Source: an uncultured candidate division Zixibacteria bacterium | GTDB taxonomy: Bacteria > Zixibacteria > MSB-5A5 > GN15 > FEB-12 | Direction: 5' to 3' | DNA length: 64,000 nucleotides | Assembly: GCA_963806185.1 (NCBI GenBank) | Contig: CAWDXE010000006.1 | Span: 64,001 to 128,000 of the forward strand | Shown here: piece by piece, positions 33,457 to 44,018 of the stretch | Layout: every line of letters starts with the position of its first letter | Numbering within the stretch: position 1 is the first letter of the stretch | Translations under genes and position numbers: made by a program | The notes under the pieces: model-generated | Database searches by the model: none | What the model saw: the letters and a program-made list of their open reading frames with translations, nothing else | Told to the model about the DNA's origin: nothing

Positions 33457-34332
33457 TCAGCTGGTTTTGGAATTGCGCGAGCGGTTTCGCTCCAGCTTTA
33501 CCAGGAACTCCCCCGCCTCTCGCTTCGACAACCCCTGTTGCACCAACGAATCAACTGTCTCCGAAAAACCCTCGAGGTACTTGGTCAGCACCTTGACCTC
33601 CGGACCCGAAAACGAGATTGCCTTCAGCGTGTAGTCCTCAAAGGCCTCATAGGCAACCGGTGCCACCGTCCGAACCATTTTGGCCATCACCTCGGCATAC
33701 TCACGGATCTCCTGCTGGGCGTGGAGGTCAAGACGTAAGTGCAAAAAATGAAAGAGGTTATGAAGATCAATCTTCCAGTACCACTCGGTGTAGAGAGATA
33801 GCGGCAGATTGATCCTCGCCAGCTCCCTCGCCAGCCCCGCTTCCACAAACTTCGAATACTCCTGGTACAACTCCCGCTGCGTCGTCTGGGCATGCATCAG
33901 AAACTGGTCCTTGAGCTCGTTGGGCACTTCTTCCTCGGACCTCCCCTGATGATTGGTCACGGATTGATAACGAATATCATCCCGCTTCGGCAGATAGAAC
34001 TCTTCTTTCATGACCGAGTACCGGCCCGAGTATTCGTTGACATTGGCTGAACGGTGGCGGATCCACTGACGGGCCACGAAAATGGGCAGTTTGACGTGAA
34101 ACTTGAACTCGACCATCTCAAACGGGGTCGTGTGCTGATGGCGCATGAGATAGCGAATCAGCCCGCGATCCTCGTGCACTTTCTTGGTCCCCTCACCGTA
34201 TGACACTCGCGCCGCCTGCACAATAGCATCATCGGAACCAAGGTAGTCGATCAGCCGGACAAAGCCGTGATCCAGAACCTTGAACTCCTTGTCGAGCAAT
34301 GCGTCGGCTTCAGTATTCTTTGCGTGGCCCAT
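33457..34332 (-). CDS. thyX: FAD-dependent thymidylate synthase
   Basis: AARVSY, HTTPFE, PIFVARQWIRHRSANVNEYSGRY, ARELAR and HAQQEIR motifs. Confidence 0.97.
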   Translation of the reverse strand: MGHAKNTEADALLDKEFKVLDHGFVRLIDYLGSDDAIVQAARVSYGEGTKKVHEDRGLIRYLMRHQHTTPFEMVEFKFHVKLPIFVARQWIRHRSANVNEYSGRYSVMKEEFYLPKRDDIRYQSVTNHQGRSEEEVPNELKDQFLMHAQTTQRELYQEYSKFVEAGLARELARINLPLSLYTEWYWKIDLHNLFHFLHLRLDLHAQQEIREYAEVMAKMVRTVAPVAYEAFEDYTLKAISFSGPEVKVLTKYLEGFSETVDSLVQQGLSKREAGEFLVKLERNRSRNSKTS

Positions 34333-34513
34333 GAAAATTCCCTCCGATGACGGCGCTCAATATAGGCCCATGCCCAAAGGGCGACAACAGAATTGTTACC
34401 CGCCAATTGCTTTCGTGACCGTCCTGAATTACCTTCCGCCTAAGACACAATAACTACTAATTGCCCGGCCACTCTTGCTGCCGCCGGCCGGGATTTGGTC
34501 AAGGAGAAGCAGC

Positions 34514-36025
34514 ATGACTGCCCAACAAGCTTATCAAGAACTCATTAAAGAAGTCAAAGAGATTTCCATCCTTGGGTCATGCGCCTCGGTCCTCGGATGG
34601 GACGAACGCACCTACATGCCCCGTCAGGGCGCCGAACACCGCTCCAACCAGCTCGGCCTGATCGCCCGGCTGAGCCACGAACGGTTCACCTCGTCAAAAA
34701 TCGGCGACCTGCTCGCCAAGAGCGAAAGCGACGGCCTCAAAGCGGGTGATACGCCCGAGGCCGCCAACCTGCGCGAAATCCGCCACCAGTACGACAAAGC
34801 CACCAAGCTGCCGTCCGATCTGGTCGAAGAAATGACCAAAACCACCTCGCTCGCCCAGGGTAAATGGGCTGAGGCCCGCGCCAAATCCGACTTCAAAGCC
34901 TTCCAGCCCTGGCTTGAGAAGATCGTCGCCATCGAACAGAAAGTCGCCGACGCCTACGGCTGGAAGGGCGAACGGTACAACGCCCTGCTCGACAACTATG
35001 AACCGGGCGCGACCGTCGACGACATCGCTTCCGTTTTCGAGAAACTCCGCGGCGAACTGGTGACGCTGCTGCAGAAAATCAAGAATGCGCCGAAAAAGCC
35101 CGATGTCAGCATCATTGAGCGCGAGTACAACATCGAGATGCAGCGTGTCTTTGGTGAATCGGTTGCCGAGGCGATGGGTTTTGACTTCGCCGCCGGCCGC
35201 TTGGACATCACCACCCACCCCTTCTGCTCCGGCTTCGGCCCCGGTGATACTCGCATCACCACGCGCTACAATCCGAGACGATTGAACGACGCCCTCTTTG
35301 GCATCATGCACGAGGCCGGCCACGCCCTGTACGAAATGGGGATACAAAAAGCGGAGTATTTCGGCGAGCCAATGGGCGAGGCTGCCTCGCTCGGCATCCA
35401 TGAATCGCAATCGCGCATGTGGGAAAACCAGGTCGGCCGCTCAAAAGAGTTCTGGGTCTACTTCCTCCCGCAGGCCAAGCGGATTTTCCGCCCGTCGCTC
35501 GACAACGTTTCACTCGATGCCTTCTACGGCGCGGTCAACTACGTGACTCCGTCGTACATCCGTGTCGAGGCCGACGAGGCCACCTACAACCTGCACATAC
35601 TCCTGCGTTTTGAAATCGAGCGCGCCATGTTGACCGGCGATCTCAAACCGGCCGACGTTGCGCATGAGTGGAACAGCCGCTTCGAGAAGTATTTCGGGCT
35701 TAAGGTCGACAACGACGCCAACGGCTGCTTGCAGGACGTTCACTGGTCGGCCGGCTATATCGGCTATTTCCCGACCTACACCTTGGGCAATCTGTATTCC
35801 GCGCAGTTCTTTGCGAAAGCCAGACAGGACATGCCGAATCTGGGCAAACAGTTCGAGCAGGGCAATTATGCCGAGTTGTTAGCCTGGCTGCGGAAGAACA
35901 TCCATATGCACGGCCAGCGTTACCGCGCCACCGATCTGGTAAAGCGAGTGACCGGCCAGCCCTTGTCAGCGCAGCCGTTGGTCGACTATATGAACAAGAA
36001 GTACGGCGAGATCTACGGCTTCTAG
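34514..36025 (+). CDS. Carboxypeptidase Taq (M32)
   Basis: LGWD..T.MP, HPF, HEAGHALYE, HESQSR, IRVEADE, GCLQDVHW and GYFPTY motifs; AAGGAG RBS. Confidence 0.95.
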   Translation: MTAQQAYQELIKEVKEISILGSCASVLGWDERTYMPRQGAEHRSNQLGLIARLSHERFTSSKIGDLLAKSESDGLKAGDTPEAANLREIRHQYDKATKLPSDLVEEMTKTTSLAQGKWAEARAKSDFKAFQPWLEKIVAIEQKVADAYGWKGERYNALLDNYEPGATVDDIASVFEKLRGELVTLLQKIKNAPKKPDVSIIEREYNIEMQRVFGESVAEAMGFDFAAGRLDITTHPFCSGFGPGDTRITTRYNPRRLNDALFGIMHEAGHALYEMGIQKAEYFGEPMGEAASLGIHESQSRMWENQVGRSKEFWVYFLPQAKRIFRPSLDNVSLDAFYGAVNYVTPSYIRVEADEATYNLHILLRFEIERAMLTGDLKPADVAHEWNSRFEKYFGLKVDNDANGCLQDVHWSAGYIGYFPTYTLGNLYSAQFFAKARQDMPNLGKQFEQGNYAELLAWLRKNIHMHGQRYRATDLVKRVTGQPLSAQPLVDYMNKKYGEIYGF

Positions 36026-36048
36026 ACTTGTCGTCCGAAAGAGTATCG

Positions 36049-36646
36049 GTAGCCCACCGTCTTGCGGTGGGCTGAATGTCCCATCAGACTCCCGTGCCAA
36101 ACGCCTGTGCGGTCAGGCCCCCGTGCCTGACCGCACTCTTCTGAGTTGCTTCGGGTCCTGCGGCGATTCCTATCGCCGTGTGACCCGAAGCATCACCATA
36201 CCGGCCCTCACCCCAACCCTCTCCCTGAAGGGAGAGGGGGTATGAGAGGAAATCTGTAGGGCAAAAGTATTTTCAATTTATCAAGCGTTTTGCCAAGGAG
36301 GTGTTGCAACAGGCCCTTTACCTATTTCGAACGTGAGACCTGACGCCCCGCAATTCACCGACTACTCATTGCGAGAACCTCGCGGAGCCGAAGGGGCCGA
36401 CGTCAATCCTGAATCATTCTCGTGCTTCCGCGATCTCGACGATCTCCGCAATCTTACCTGACACGTCATTGCGAGCCGCTCCTTAGCGGCGTGGCAATCT
36501 TTCAGTTCGCTTCCTGTAAGTCGAAACCGCTTCGGTTTCGACCTGACCCACGGGCCTTCGCCATCGAGTAACGTCATGCTGAGCGGAGTCGAAGCATGAT
36601 CCGTATGCAAATCCTACCCTTGATCCCCGCCTTCACGGGTATGACA
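36049..36646. repeat. Mosaic intergenic repeat cluster
   Basis: Ordered modules: GTAG-CCCACC REP (36049), GTCAGGCCCCCGTGCCTGAC (36107-36136), GGTCCTGCGGCGA..TCGCCGTGTGACC (36148-36191), CCCTCACCCCAACCCTCTCCC (36205), GTCATTGCGAG..GCAATCT (36366, 36464), GTCATGCTGAGCGGAGTCGAAGCA + ATCCTACCCT..GGGTATGACA (36572-36646). Confidence 0.9.
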
Positions 36647-36867
36647 ATTCTGTATGGTCAGCATTTCTTGCCTTGGGGCGGCATCGATATCCGGTAATGC
36701 CCTGCGCTCCCCCCTCCGATTGCCGCGCATCCCGACCCGGCCGGCCTTTGCGACGTCGTCCCCCAATTTCTCTTGCAATATGGATGCTATGTACCGATAT
36801 TATCCACGTGGCGGTCACGGCCACAACAACCAGATCAACGCTAAACCTCTGAACCGGGAGTATTTCA

Positions 36868-39543
36868 GTGGCTCTATCCAGTGGTGCCAAGCTAGGTCCC
36901 TACATCATCGAATCAACCGCCGGCGCCGGCGGCATGGGCGAAGTCTACAAAGCCAAAGACAGCCGACTTGATCGCACCGTTGCGATCAAGGTTCTCTCGG
37001 TGCAAGTGGCCGGCAATCAGGATCTCCGCCTCCGTTTCGAACGCGAGGCCAAGGCCATCTCAAGCCTCAACCACCCCAACATCTGCACCCTTTTCGACAT
37101 CGGTCATCAGGACGGTGTCGACTATCTGGTCATGGAGTATCTGGAAGGCGAAACGCTCGCCTCACGTCTCCTGCGTGGCCCGTTATCTGTCCCCGACTTG
37201 CTGAATATTGCCGTGCAGATTGCCGACGGCCTTGACAAGGCCCACCGCCAGGGACTGATCCACCGCGATCTCAAACCGGGCAACATCATGCTCACCAAGT
37301 CCGGCGCCAAACTTCTCGACTTCGGCCTGGCCAAACTGCAGGAATCAGGTGGACTCGTCCACGGTCAGAGTGGTATCACCCGCACCACCACGCCTCTCAC
37401 CGGAGAGGGCGCGATCATCGGCACCCTCCAGTATATGGCCCCCGAACAACTCGAAGGGAAAGAGGTGGATGCCCGCACCGACATCTTCGCCTTCGGCGCC
37501 ATTCTTTACGAAATGGCCACCGGCCGCCGCGCCTTTGACGGCGGCAGTCAGGCCAGCCTCATCGCCTCCATCATCAAGGAACAGCCGCGCGCTATCGCCG
37601 AGTTACAGCCCATGTCCCCTCCCATGCTTGAACGGGTCATCCGCCAGTGCCTGGAAAAGGATCCCGACCATCGCTGGCACACGGCCGGCGATCTCAAGCG
37701 ATCACTGCTCTGGATTAACGAAGGTGGCTCACAGGTCGGCGTGCCGTTGCAGGTCTCTGTTCGCCGCAAATCGCGAGAACGGATGCTCTGGGCCGCAACA
37801 GGTGTATTGGGATTGGCTGCACTCGCCCTGGGCGCGAAGATCTTGTTGCAGGCTAAGCCGGAGCTGAGGGTCGCCCGCTTCTCCATTACCCAGGAGCCTC
37901 GCTATTCCGGCACCACTTGGCCGATGATTTCACCAGACGGCAAGTACGTCGCCTTCCAGGCACAGGACAGCGCCAGAGTGTTTAAGATCTGGGTCCGTCC
38001 CATGAACTCACTCCAGGCGATTCCTCTGGAGGGTACTGATGGCGCCAATCGCCCCTTCTGGTCGCCCGACAGCAAGTTCCTGGCCTTTTTCGATAACCGC
38101 AATCAACTCCGACGAATCCCCGCCACCGGTGGGCCGACCCTTTTGATCTGCGAGGCGCCGCACGCCTCGGATGGTACATGGGGAAGTGACGGCATTATTA
38201 TCTTTGACGGCAACGCCGCCGATTCGCTCCGACAAGTCCCGGCCGCAGGCGGGCCGGTGACCCAGGCATCGTTCATCAACCGCGCGGTCGGCGAAACCGG
38301 TCACGCCTGGCCCTGGTTTCTCCCTGACGGCAAGCACTACTTGTTTAATACCTTTGCGTCCATCCCCGGCACCGGCCAGCAGTCGTACCTGATGTCCGGA
38401 ACTCTCGGATCCAGGGAGAGCAAGAAACTCGCGACAGTGGAATCACGCGTCGTCTATTCGACTGCCGGCTATATCCTCTATATGAAAGATCGCATCCTGG
38501 TAGCACAGCCGTTCAACGCTGATAAACAGGAAATCACCGGCGACCCGATACCCCTCACAAACGAGGTAACCAGTCTCGACGAGCGCGCTCTCTTCAGTGT
38601 TTCCAACGACGGTCAACTGCTGTACCAGCGCGGCACCGCGATAAGCGAGCGACGCATGGTCTGGGTCGACCGTACGGGCAAGGAGCTCTCCGAGGAAATG
38701 CCCCCGTCAGGTTTTGAAAACGTCGCTCTGTCTCCCGACGGCAAACGCATTGCCTATGAACTCACGAGCAACAACGGCAACCAGACCGACATCTGGGTCC
38801 GCGATCTCCAGCGCCAGATTTCTTCGCGTCTGACGTTCAACGAGGCAGCCGACGTCTGGCCGGTGTGGAGTGCCGACAATTCCCGGGTTTATTTTGGCTC
38901 CGACCGAAAGGACAATCTGGGCAAGTGGAGTATCTTCAGCCGACTAGCCAACGGTACTGGATCCGATGAAGAACTGCCGAGATCCGATTCGACTCCCTTC
39001 ATCACGCAAAGCGCCTATCCTGACGGTTCCGCACTCGTGGTCATGTCGGTGCCAATTACGCGCGTCTTCGATATCTGGAAACTCGAACTTCGTTCCGGCA
39101 AGATGGAACCGTTGCTGAATTCTGAATTCAGCGAGCGCTGGGCCTCCATCTCACCCAACAGTCAGTATATTGCCTATAGCAGTAACGAGTCCGGTCGGGC
39201 TCAGGTGTATATTCAACAACTCGGCGCCGGCGGCGGCAAATGGCAGATAACGTCTGTGAACACCCGCATGGCGCAATGGCGCGCTGACGGCCGGGAGTTG
39301 TATTGCGTGTCGGCGGATGGCAACCTGATGGCTACACCGATAAGTTATGAAGGCGGCCTGCAAATTGGTCAGCCGACCGTGCTGTTTCGAAAGCCATTCT
39401 ACTTTGACATCACCTACACGAATTCAAGCTATCAGGTCACGCGCGACGGTCAGCGCTTTCTCTGCGTGACACAGCCCGAGCAGAACTCCTCCGTTGAGCT
39501 GATACTCGTGCAAAACTGGGCCGAGGAACTCGTGGGCCGCTGA
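36868..39543 (+). CDS. Hanks-type Ser/Thr protein kinase with TM segment and TolB-like (PD40) beta-propeller
   Basis: GAGGMGEVY, VAIK, HRDLKPGN, DFGLAK and YMAPEQ motifs; repeated SPDG; C-terminal VQNW. Confidence 0.93.
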   Translation: MALSSGAKLGPYIIESTAGAGGMGEVYKAKDSRLDRTVAIKVLSVQVAGNQDLRLRFEREAKAISSLNHPNICTLFDIGHQDGVDYLVMEYLEGETLASRLLRGPLSVPDLLNIAVQIADGLDKAHRQGLIHRDLKPGNIMLTKSGAKLLDFGLAKLQESGGLVHGQSGITRTTTPLTGEGAIIGTLQYMAPEQLEGKEVDARTDIFAFGAILYEMATGRRAFDGGSQASLIASIIKEQPRAIAELQPMSPPMLERVIRQCLEKDPDHRWHTAGDLKRSLLWINEGGSQVGVPLQVSVRRKSRERMLWAATGVLGLAALALGAKILLQAKPELRVARFSITQEPRYSGTTWPMISPDGKYVAFQAQDSARVFKIWVRPMNSLQAIPLEGTDGANRPFWSPDSKFLAFFDNRNQLRRIPATGGPTLLICEAPHASDGTWGSDGIIIFDGNAADSLRQVPAAGGPVTQASFINRAVGETGHAWPWFLPDGKHYLFNTFASIPGTGQQSYLMSGTLGSRESKKLATVESRVVYSTAGYILYMKDRILVAQPFNADKQEITGDPIPLTNEVTSLDERALFSVSNDGQLLYQRGTAISERRMVWVDRTGKELSEEMPPSGFENVALSPDGKRIAYELTSNNGNQTDIWVRDLQRQISSRLTFNEAADVWPVWSADNSRVYFGSDRKDNLGKWSIFSRLANGTGSDEELPRSDSTPFITQSAYPDGSALVVMSVPITRVFDIWKLELRSGKMEPLLNSEFSERWASISPNSQYIAYSSNESGRAQVYIQQLGAGGGKWQITSVNTRMAQWRADGRELYCVSADGNLMATPISYEGGLQIGQPTVLFRKPFYFDITYTNSSYQVTRDGQRFLCVTQPEQNSSVELILVQNWAEELVGR

Positions 39544-39582
39544 CCCCAGGGCAGAGTCGACTCCTCTCCTCGCCGATATAAC

Positions 39583-39713
39583 GTGCGGTCAGGCCCCCGT
39601 GCCTGACCGAGAGTCGTCATGTTGAAGTCGCTTCTTAGCGCGCTTCAGCATCTCGGTGTTCACCACACTCCCGACAAACTCCAAGTGGCTGGCGTACGTC
39701 TCGTGCGCCAGCC
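39583..39713. repeat. Repeat cluster (GTCAGGCCCCCGTGCCTGAC; GTCATGTTGAAG..CTTCAGCAT; GTGGCTGGCGTACGTCTCGTGCGCCAGCC)
   Basis: Copies of families found elsewhere in the window. Confidence 0.85.
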
Positions 39714-39778
39714 GGCGGCTATCCTCAACTCCACTTACTTTCCATCCTGCGGTCGGGTCTTGTGCCCGATCGCATTTT

Positions 39779-40927
39779 TCATTTATGCCGTGAGTGAGGT
39801 CGATAGGCCCATCTAACATCTCGAATGCGATCATCCTTGATCATGATCTCTGGCCCGGCAACTGATGAGTCCGTGAATATAAAACGACAAAGTTCATTCC
39901 CGCGACGGGATATTAGCGTGTCTCCGTCGATGAGCAGTAAAGTCCCTATCCGGCCGAGAATTATACGATTGTTGTCGGTATTGATGAAGACTGTCGAGTC
40001 TGAGACGATGTCCTCTCCTCTGGAGACTCGATGCACCCAGTCCATGTCCGGACCACTATAGGAAACTGTGCCAACTATGTAGCGCCCCTCTGGTCGAAGA
40101 TGCGTAACGTCTCCGGGAACAAGCACCGAGTTCCATGTCCGTCGGTGTCGGTCAAAAATCAGCACCTCCCTTTCCATGTATCCGCCCTTTTCCGGGATGG
40201 AGAAGATCGCGAGATAATCCTTTTCATGGGCGAATAGAAACCACCCTTCAGCATTTCTCATTCTAACAATTGAATCTGGAACGGGGAATGCCGTCACATC
40301 AATGCCCGTGTCAATCCATGCAATATCCGGAGTACCAGAGAAAATCGAGCCTACACTTACACCAAAAAACGAACCGACCTCGCTCTGCGTACCCGTGAAT
40401 CTGATTTCTCCAGCCGCCGGTTCTCCTACAGAATCGAGTTCGGTGCAGAGTGAGGGAGATACTCGGAGTATCTTGTATTGCGAAAGTCCTTTTCCGACGA
40501 GACAATTCAGGGCATACTGGCCAAGCGGCCTCCCGGCATCATTTTGCCACAGTTGGAGTAGGTGAACGGTCGAAGGAACTCGATATGTTGCAACAACAGA
40601 GCACGTTGCCATGTCGACAACGGTGATCGGCCGACCATACGACTCCACAATCGTCAAGGTTCCCAAATCTGGCTGAAGACGGAGATTGTTGATTTCATTG
40701 GGCGTGTGATCGAGCTTCCACACGGTGTCAATGATTTCGGTCGAATCCAATCGCAGAATCGATATTGTCGCATGATACTCATGCTGCCCATGACTTGAAT
40801 GCGATTCACAGCACCAATCCTCAGAGATGAGCAATAGCGGGTTATTTTCGGCACTCAAGAGGTGTGTGGAAATCAGCATGATGAAGAAGCTTGTTGCGAT
40901 CAGTCTCAATATCCGTGCGAATCGCAT
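39779..40927 (-). CDS. Hypothetical secreted protein (beta-rich, possibly propeller)
   Basis: Long ORF with signal peptide (MRFARILRL..LLSA) after a GGGAGG RBS; lower GC; no recognised motif. Confidence 0.65.
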   Translation of the reverse strand: MRFARILRLIATSFFIMLISTHLLSAENNPLLLISEDWCCESHSSHGQHEYHATISILRLDSTEIIDTVWKLDHTPNEINNLRLQPDLGTLTIVESYGRPITVVDMATCSVVATYRVPSTVHLLQLWQNDAGRPLGQYALNCLVGKGLSQYKILRVSPSLCTELDSVGEPAAGEIRFTGTQSEVGSFFGVSVGSIFSGTPDIAWIDTGIDVTAFPVPDSIVRMRNAEGWFLFAHEKDYLAIFSIPEKGGYMEREVLIFDRHRRTWNSVLVPGDVTHLRPEGRYIVGTVSYSGPDMDWVHRVSRGEDIVSDSTVFINTDNNRIILGRIGTLLLIDGDTLISRRGNELCRFIFTDSSVAGPEIMIKDDRIRDVRWAYRPHSRHK

Positions 40928-41006
40928 AATGATTCCTCCCTGTCGGCTAATATTGCTGCACACCGGGCCGTGAACAATTCAAAAAACTCACTGTTCAGTC
41001 GCTCAG

Positions 41007-41081
41007 CGTTATGCTGAGCGGAGCCGAAACACGATCAGAGTGCGAGTCCTACCCTGGATACCCGCTTTCGCGGGTATGACA
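41007..41081. repeat. 75-bp composite repeat (third copy)
   Basis: Colinear with 36572-36646 and 43652-43726. Confidence 0.85.
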
Positions 41082-41373
41082 ATCCTGTGAATTTCACAAT
41101 CTCTGTACCGCCCTTTTCCCCGGCGCAACTCGCCGCACTCCCCCACAACCCACTGCGCTCAACCGGGTTGCCGTCAACTTCGACAATTGCGGACTTGCCT
41201 CGTAATCATTCACCGTACGATTTATTCCGATTTTCGCAACATTGCGCGTCGCACGGCGTATCTTCATGCCGAATGATCATCGATAGCATGTCTACCATAT
41301 TCGCGGACATTCGAATCCTGATTGACTCCTCACAAGGGACGGAGTATGGTGTGTGCTATCAACGGGAGGTTTT

Positions 41374-43362
41374 ATGCAACACGCTGACGGGATTCCATTG
41401 ATGTACCTGGTGTGGGCGGCCATCGCCTTCGTGGTGATTGTGCTTATTCTACCCTCGCTGCGGGTCATCGGCCAGACCGAAGTAGGCCTGGTGTCAAAAC
41501 GCTTCTCACGCAAACGGCTGTCCGAAGGCAATCCGATCGCCTTTCACGGTGAGGCCGGCTTCCAGGCCAACCTGCTGATGCCGGGCATTCGCTTCAAATT
41601 CTGGCTGCTCTACAGCGTGCGGAAATACCCATGGGTGCAGGTGCCCGCCGGCGAAATCGGCGTCGTCATCTCGCAAATCGGCGAACCATTACCGGTCGGC
41701 GCGAAATCTGCCGTCTACAAATCGGTCTTCGGGAATTTCTCTGACGTCAAAACGTTTGTTGAGAACGGCGGTCAAAAAGGAGTCCAGCGCCCTGTGCTCC
41801 CTCCGGGCACCCTCGTGCCGATACATCCGGTCGCCTTTCTCGTGATCACCAAGCAGCGCGTGCACGGCCGCCCCGTCGATCCGACCATTCTCAGCATTTT
41901 GAATCGGACCGAGACAGGGTTGTCCGTAAAATCGTTCGGTATTCATCCGGAACAGCTCGAAGTAGTGCGGATTGAACCAAAACCGTACGCCGACTCAGGC
42001 GCGCTGGTCGATGTCGTCGGCGTTGTGACAACTTTTGACGGTCCGCCTTTGGAAGCGGGCGACATTGCCTGCCGCCTGGGCGGCTTCGAGGACCTGGCTG
42101 CTATGGAAGCAGCCGGGAAGAGCGACGCTGAGATCATCGAGTACATCCTGCGTAGCAAGAACAACGTCCACAACAATTTCCAGGACTACCAGCAGTTTTT
42201 GGATAATGGCGGCAAGATCGGTTTGCAGCACGACGTCCTCTTGTACGGCGCCTACAACCTGAATCCATTCCTCGTGAAGGTGGAGCTGGTGCCGATGCTG
42301 ATCGTGCAACAGGGCCAGGTGGCCGTGATCAAATCATATGTCGGACTGGCGACCCAGGATACGTCGGGCGCGTCCTTCAAGTACGGTTCCCTCGTTCGCC
42401 CCGGACATCGCGGCGTCTGGCAGGAACCTCTGCGCACCGGCAAGTTTGCCATCAACCCGCGCATCTACAATGCCGAGATTGTGCCGACTGCCATCCTTAC
42501 GCTCAACTGGGCCGATGCTACTTCCAAAGCTCACAACCTGGATAGAGAACTGAAGCAGATTGTTGCCAAGTCACGCGAAGGTTTCGTCTTCAACATCGAT
42601 CTGCAGGTGCAGATCCATGTCCCGGATACACTGGCGCCGCGCGTCATTTCGATGGTCGGTACGATGCAGAATCTGGCTAACGAGGTCCTGCAGGCGGCGG
42701 TCGGCAATCACTTCCGCGACAAACTGCAGAGTATGCCGGCGGTGATGTTCATCGAAACCCGTCAGGAAGTTCAGAACAAGGCGCTCGAACTTATCACCGA
42801 TAAGCTGAGTGTCTACCAGGTGGAAACCAAGGGCGTGTATATTCAGGACGTCGTCTTCCCGGCGGAACTGGTGAAGGTGCTCACGTCACGAGAAATCGCC
42901 AATCAGGAGATTGCGACCTATCGAAAGGAAAAGTCGGCCGAGGACGAACGCATCGAGATGGAAAAAGCACGCGGTACGGCTGATATGCAGAAAGAACTCG
43001 CTGCCTCCAAGGTCGGCGTGGATATTCAGCGCAACAACGCCGAGGCGCGCAAGGCTGTCGCTGACGGTGAGTCGACCTACCTTGAGCGTGTCGGTAACGC
43101 GAAGGGCGCAGAGCCGCGCTCAGTCGGTTTGGCGAATGCCGAGGCCTACGCCAAGCAGGTTCAGGCGCTGGGCATGCAGGGAACGATGCTGGTCAATATT
43201 GCCAACGCTCTCGCCAAGAGCCAGCAACCGTTTATGCCCGGCATCCTGGTGACCGGCGGCGGTGGCTCAATCGAGGCGTTAGCCGCGGCGCTGACTGGTA
43301 AGTTCGCCGGGAACGGCGGCCCGACGACTACCGAACCCGCGACACCCTCAACGTCGAATTGA
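41374..43362 (+). CDS. SPFH/band 7 (flotillin-like) membrane protein with extended N-terminal repeats
   Basis: N-terminal TM, VPAGEIGVV, GGQKGVQ, INPRIY..VPT..LNWA, SREGF..DLQVQIHV, Ala/Glu coiled tail; GGGAGG RBS. Confidence 0.88.
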   Translation: MQHADGIPLMYLVWAAIAFVVIVLILPSLRVIGQTEVGLVSKRFSRKRLSEGNPIAFHGEAGFQANLLMPGIRFKFWLLYSVRKYPWVQVPAGEIGVVISQIGEPLPVGAKSAVYKSVFGNFSDVKTFVENGGQKGVQRPVLPPGTLVPIHPVAFLVITKQRVHGRPVDPTILSILNRTETGLSVKSFGIHPEQLEVVRIEPKPYADSGALVDVVGVVTTFDGPPLEAGDIACRLGGFEDLAAMEAAGKSDAEIIEYILRSKNNVHNNFQDYQQFLDNGGKIGLQHDVLLYGAYNLNPFLVKVELVPMLIVQQGQVAVIKSYVGLATQDTSGASFKYGSLVRPGHRGVWQEPLRTGKFAINPRIYNAEIVPTAILTLNWADATSKAHNLDRELKQIVAKSREGFVFNIDLQVQIHVPDTLAPRVISMVGTMQNLANEVLQAAVGNHFRDKLQSMPAVMFIETRQEVQNKALELITDKLSVYQVETKGVYIQDVVFPAELVKVLTSREIANQEIATYRKEKSAEDERIEMEKARGTADMQKELAASKVGVDIQRNNAEARKAVADGESTYLERVGNAKGAEPRSVGLANAEAYAKQVQALGMQGTMLVNIANALAKSQQPFMPGILVTGGGGSIEALAAALTGKFAGNGGPTTTEPATPSTSN

Positions 43363-43395
43363 TTGACCAAATCGGTTGATTTAAACATCTTGGAT

Positions 43396-43726
43396 GTGCG
43401 GTCAGGCCCCCGTGCCTGACCGCATTCCTTTTGTCAGCGTCTGAATCGTAGGGCAGCATCGATGTCCGCCGCTAGGCGGACGGATGCTGCCGATAAGATC
43501 TCGTGATATCAACAAGACGGCAGCACCCGCTCGAAGACTCGCATCGGTGCTGCCTTACGGTACGCGCCAAAGACCCCCATCATCGTCATTGCGAGCCGCT
43601 TCTTAGCGGCGTGGCAATCTTTCAGCTTCTCTGCTCATCATTGTCGCGCAGCGTCATGCTGAGCGGAGTCGAAGCATGATCGGTAAGTGTATCCTACCCT
43701 GGATATCCGCTTCTGCGGGTATGACA
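43396..43726. repeat. Mosaic repeat cluster including a GTAG-type REPIN
   Basis: GTCAGGCCCCCGTGCCTGAC (43396-43424); GTAGGGCAGCA...TGCTGCCTTAC inverted pair (43448-43558); GTCATTGCGAG (43584-43625); 75-bp unit (43652-43726). Confidence 0.9.
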
Positions 43727-44018
43727 TTTTTGTGCAGTGAGCATCTTAGTCGCGGGTCAGCTTCGGTGCCCGCTTCTTGGCGGCGTGGCAACTTATCGGT
43801 TACCGTCGTTCACGATTCTAACGTTACTTCACTTTTCACTAGCCTCCAACCATTAGCTCCCCGAGCAACTAACTTCAGACAAGCTTGCCCCTCCAGGGGA
43901 CCTTGCCAATGGTATGTCGAAACGAGCGCCCACGCGCTGTCATGCGAAAAGGCTATGCGAGTGAAGCTGATCAGAACCGGTAACACCACTTACCCACGAT
44001 CATCGCGTTTTCCGTTCT

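Noticed and set aside
36049..36646. tRNA or known ncRNA in hairpin-rich intergenic regions
   Set aside because: No cloverleaf, T-loop or CCA; the hairpins are dispersed repeats found elsewhere in the window.
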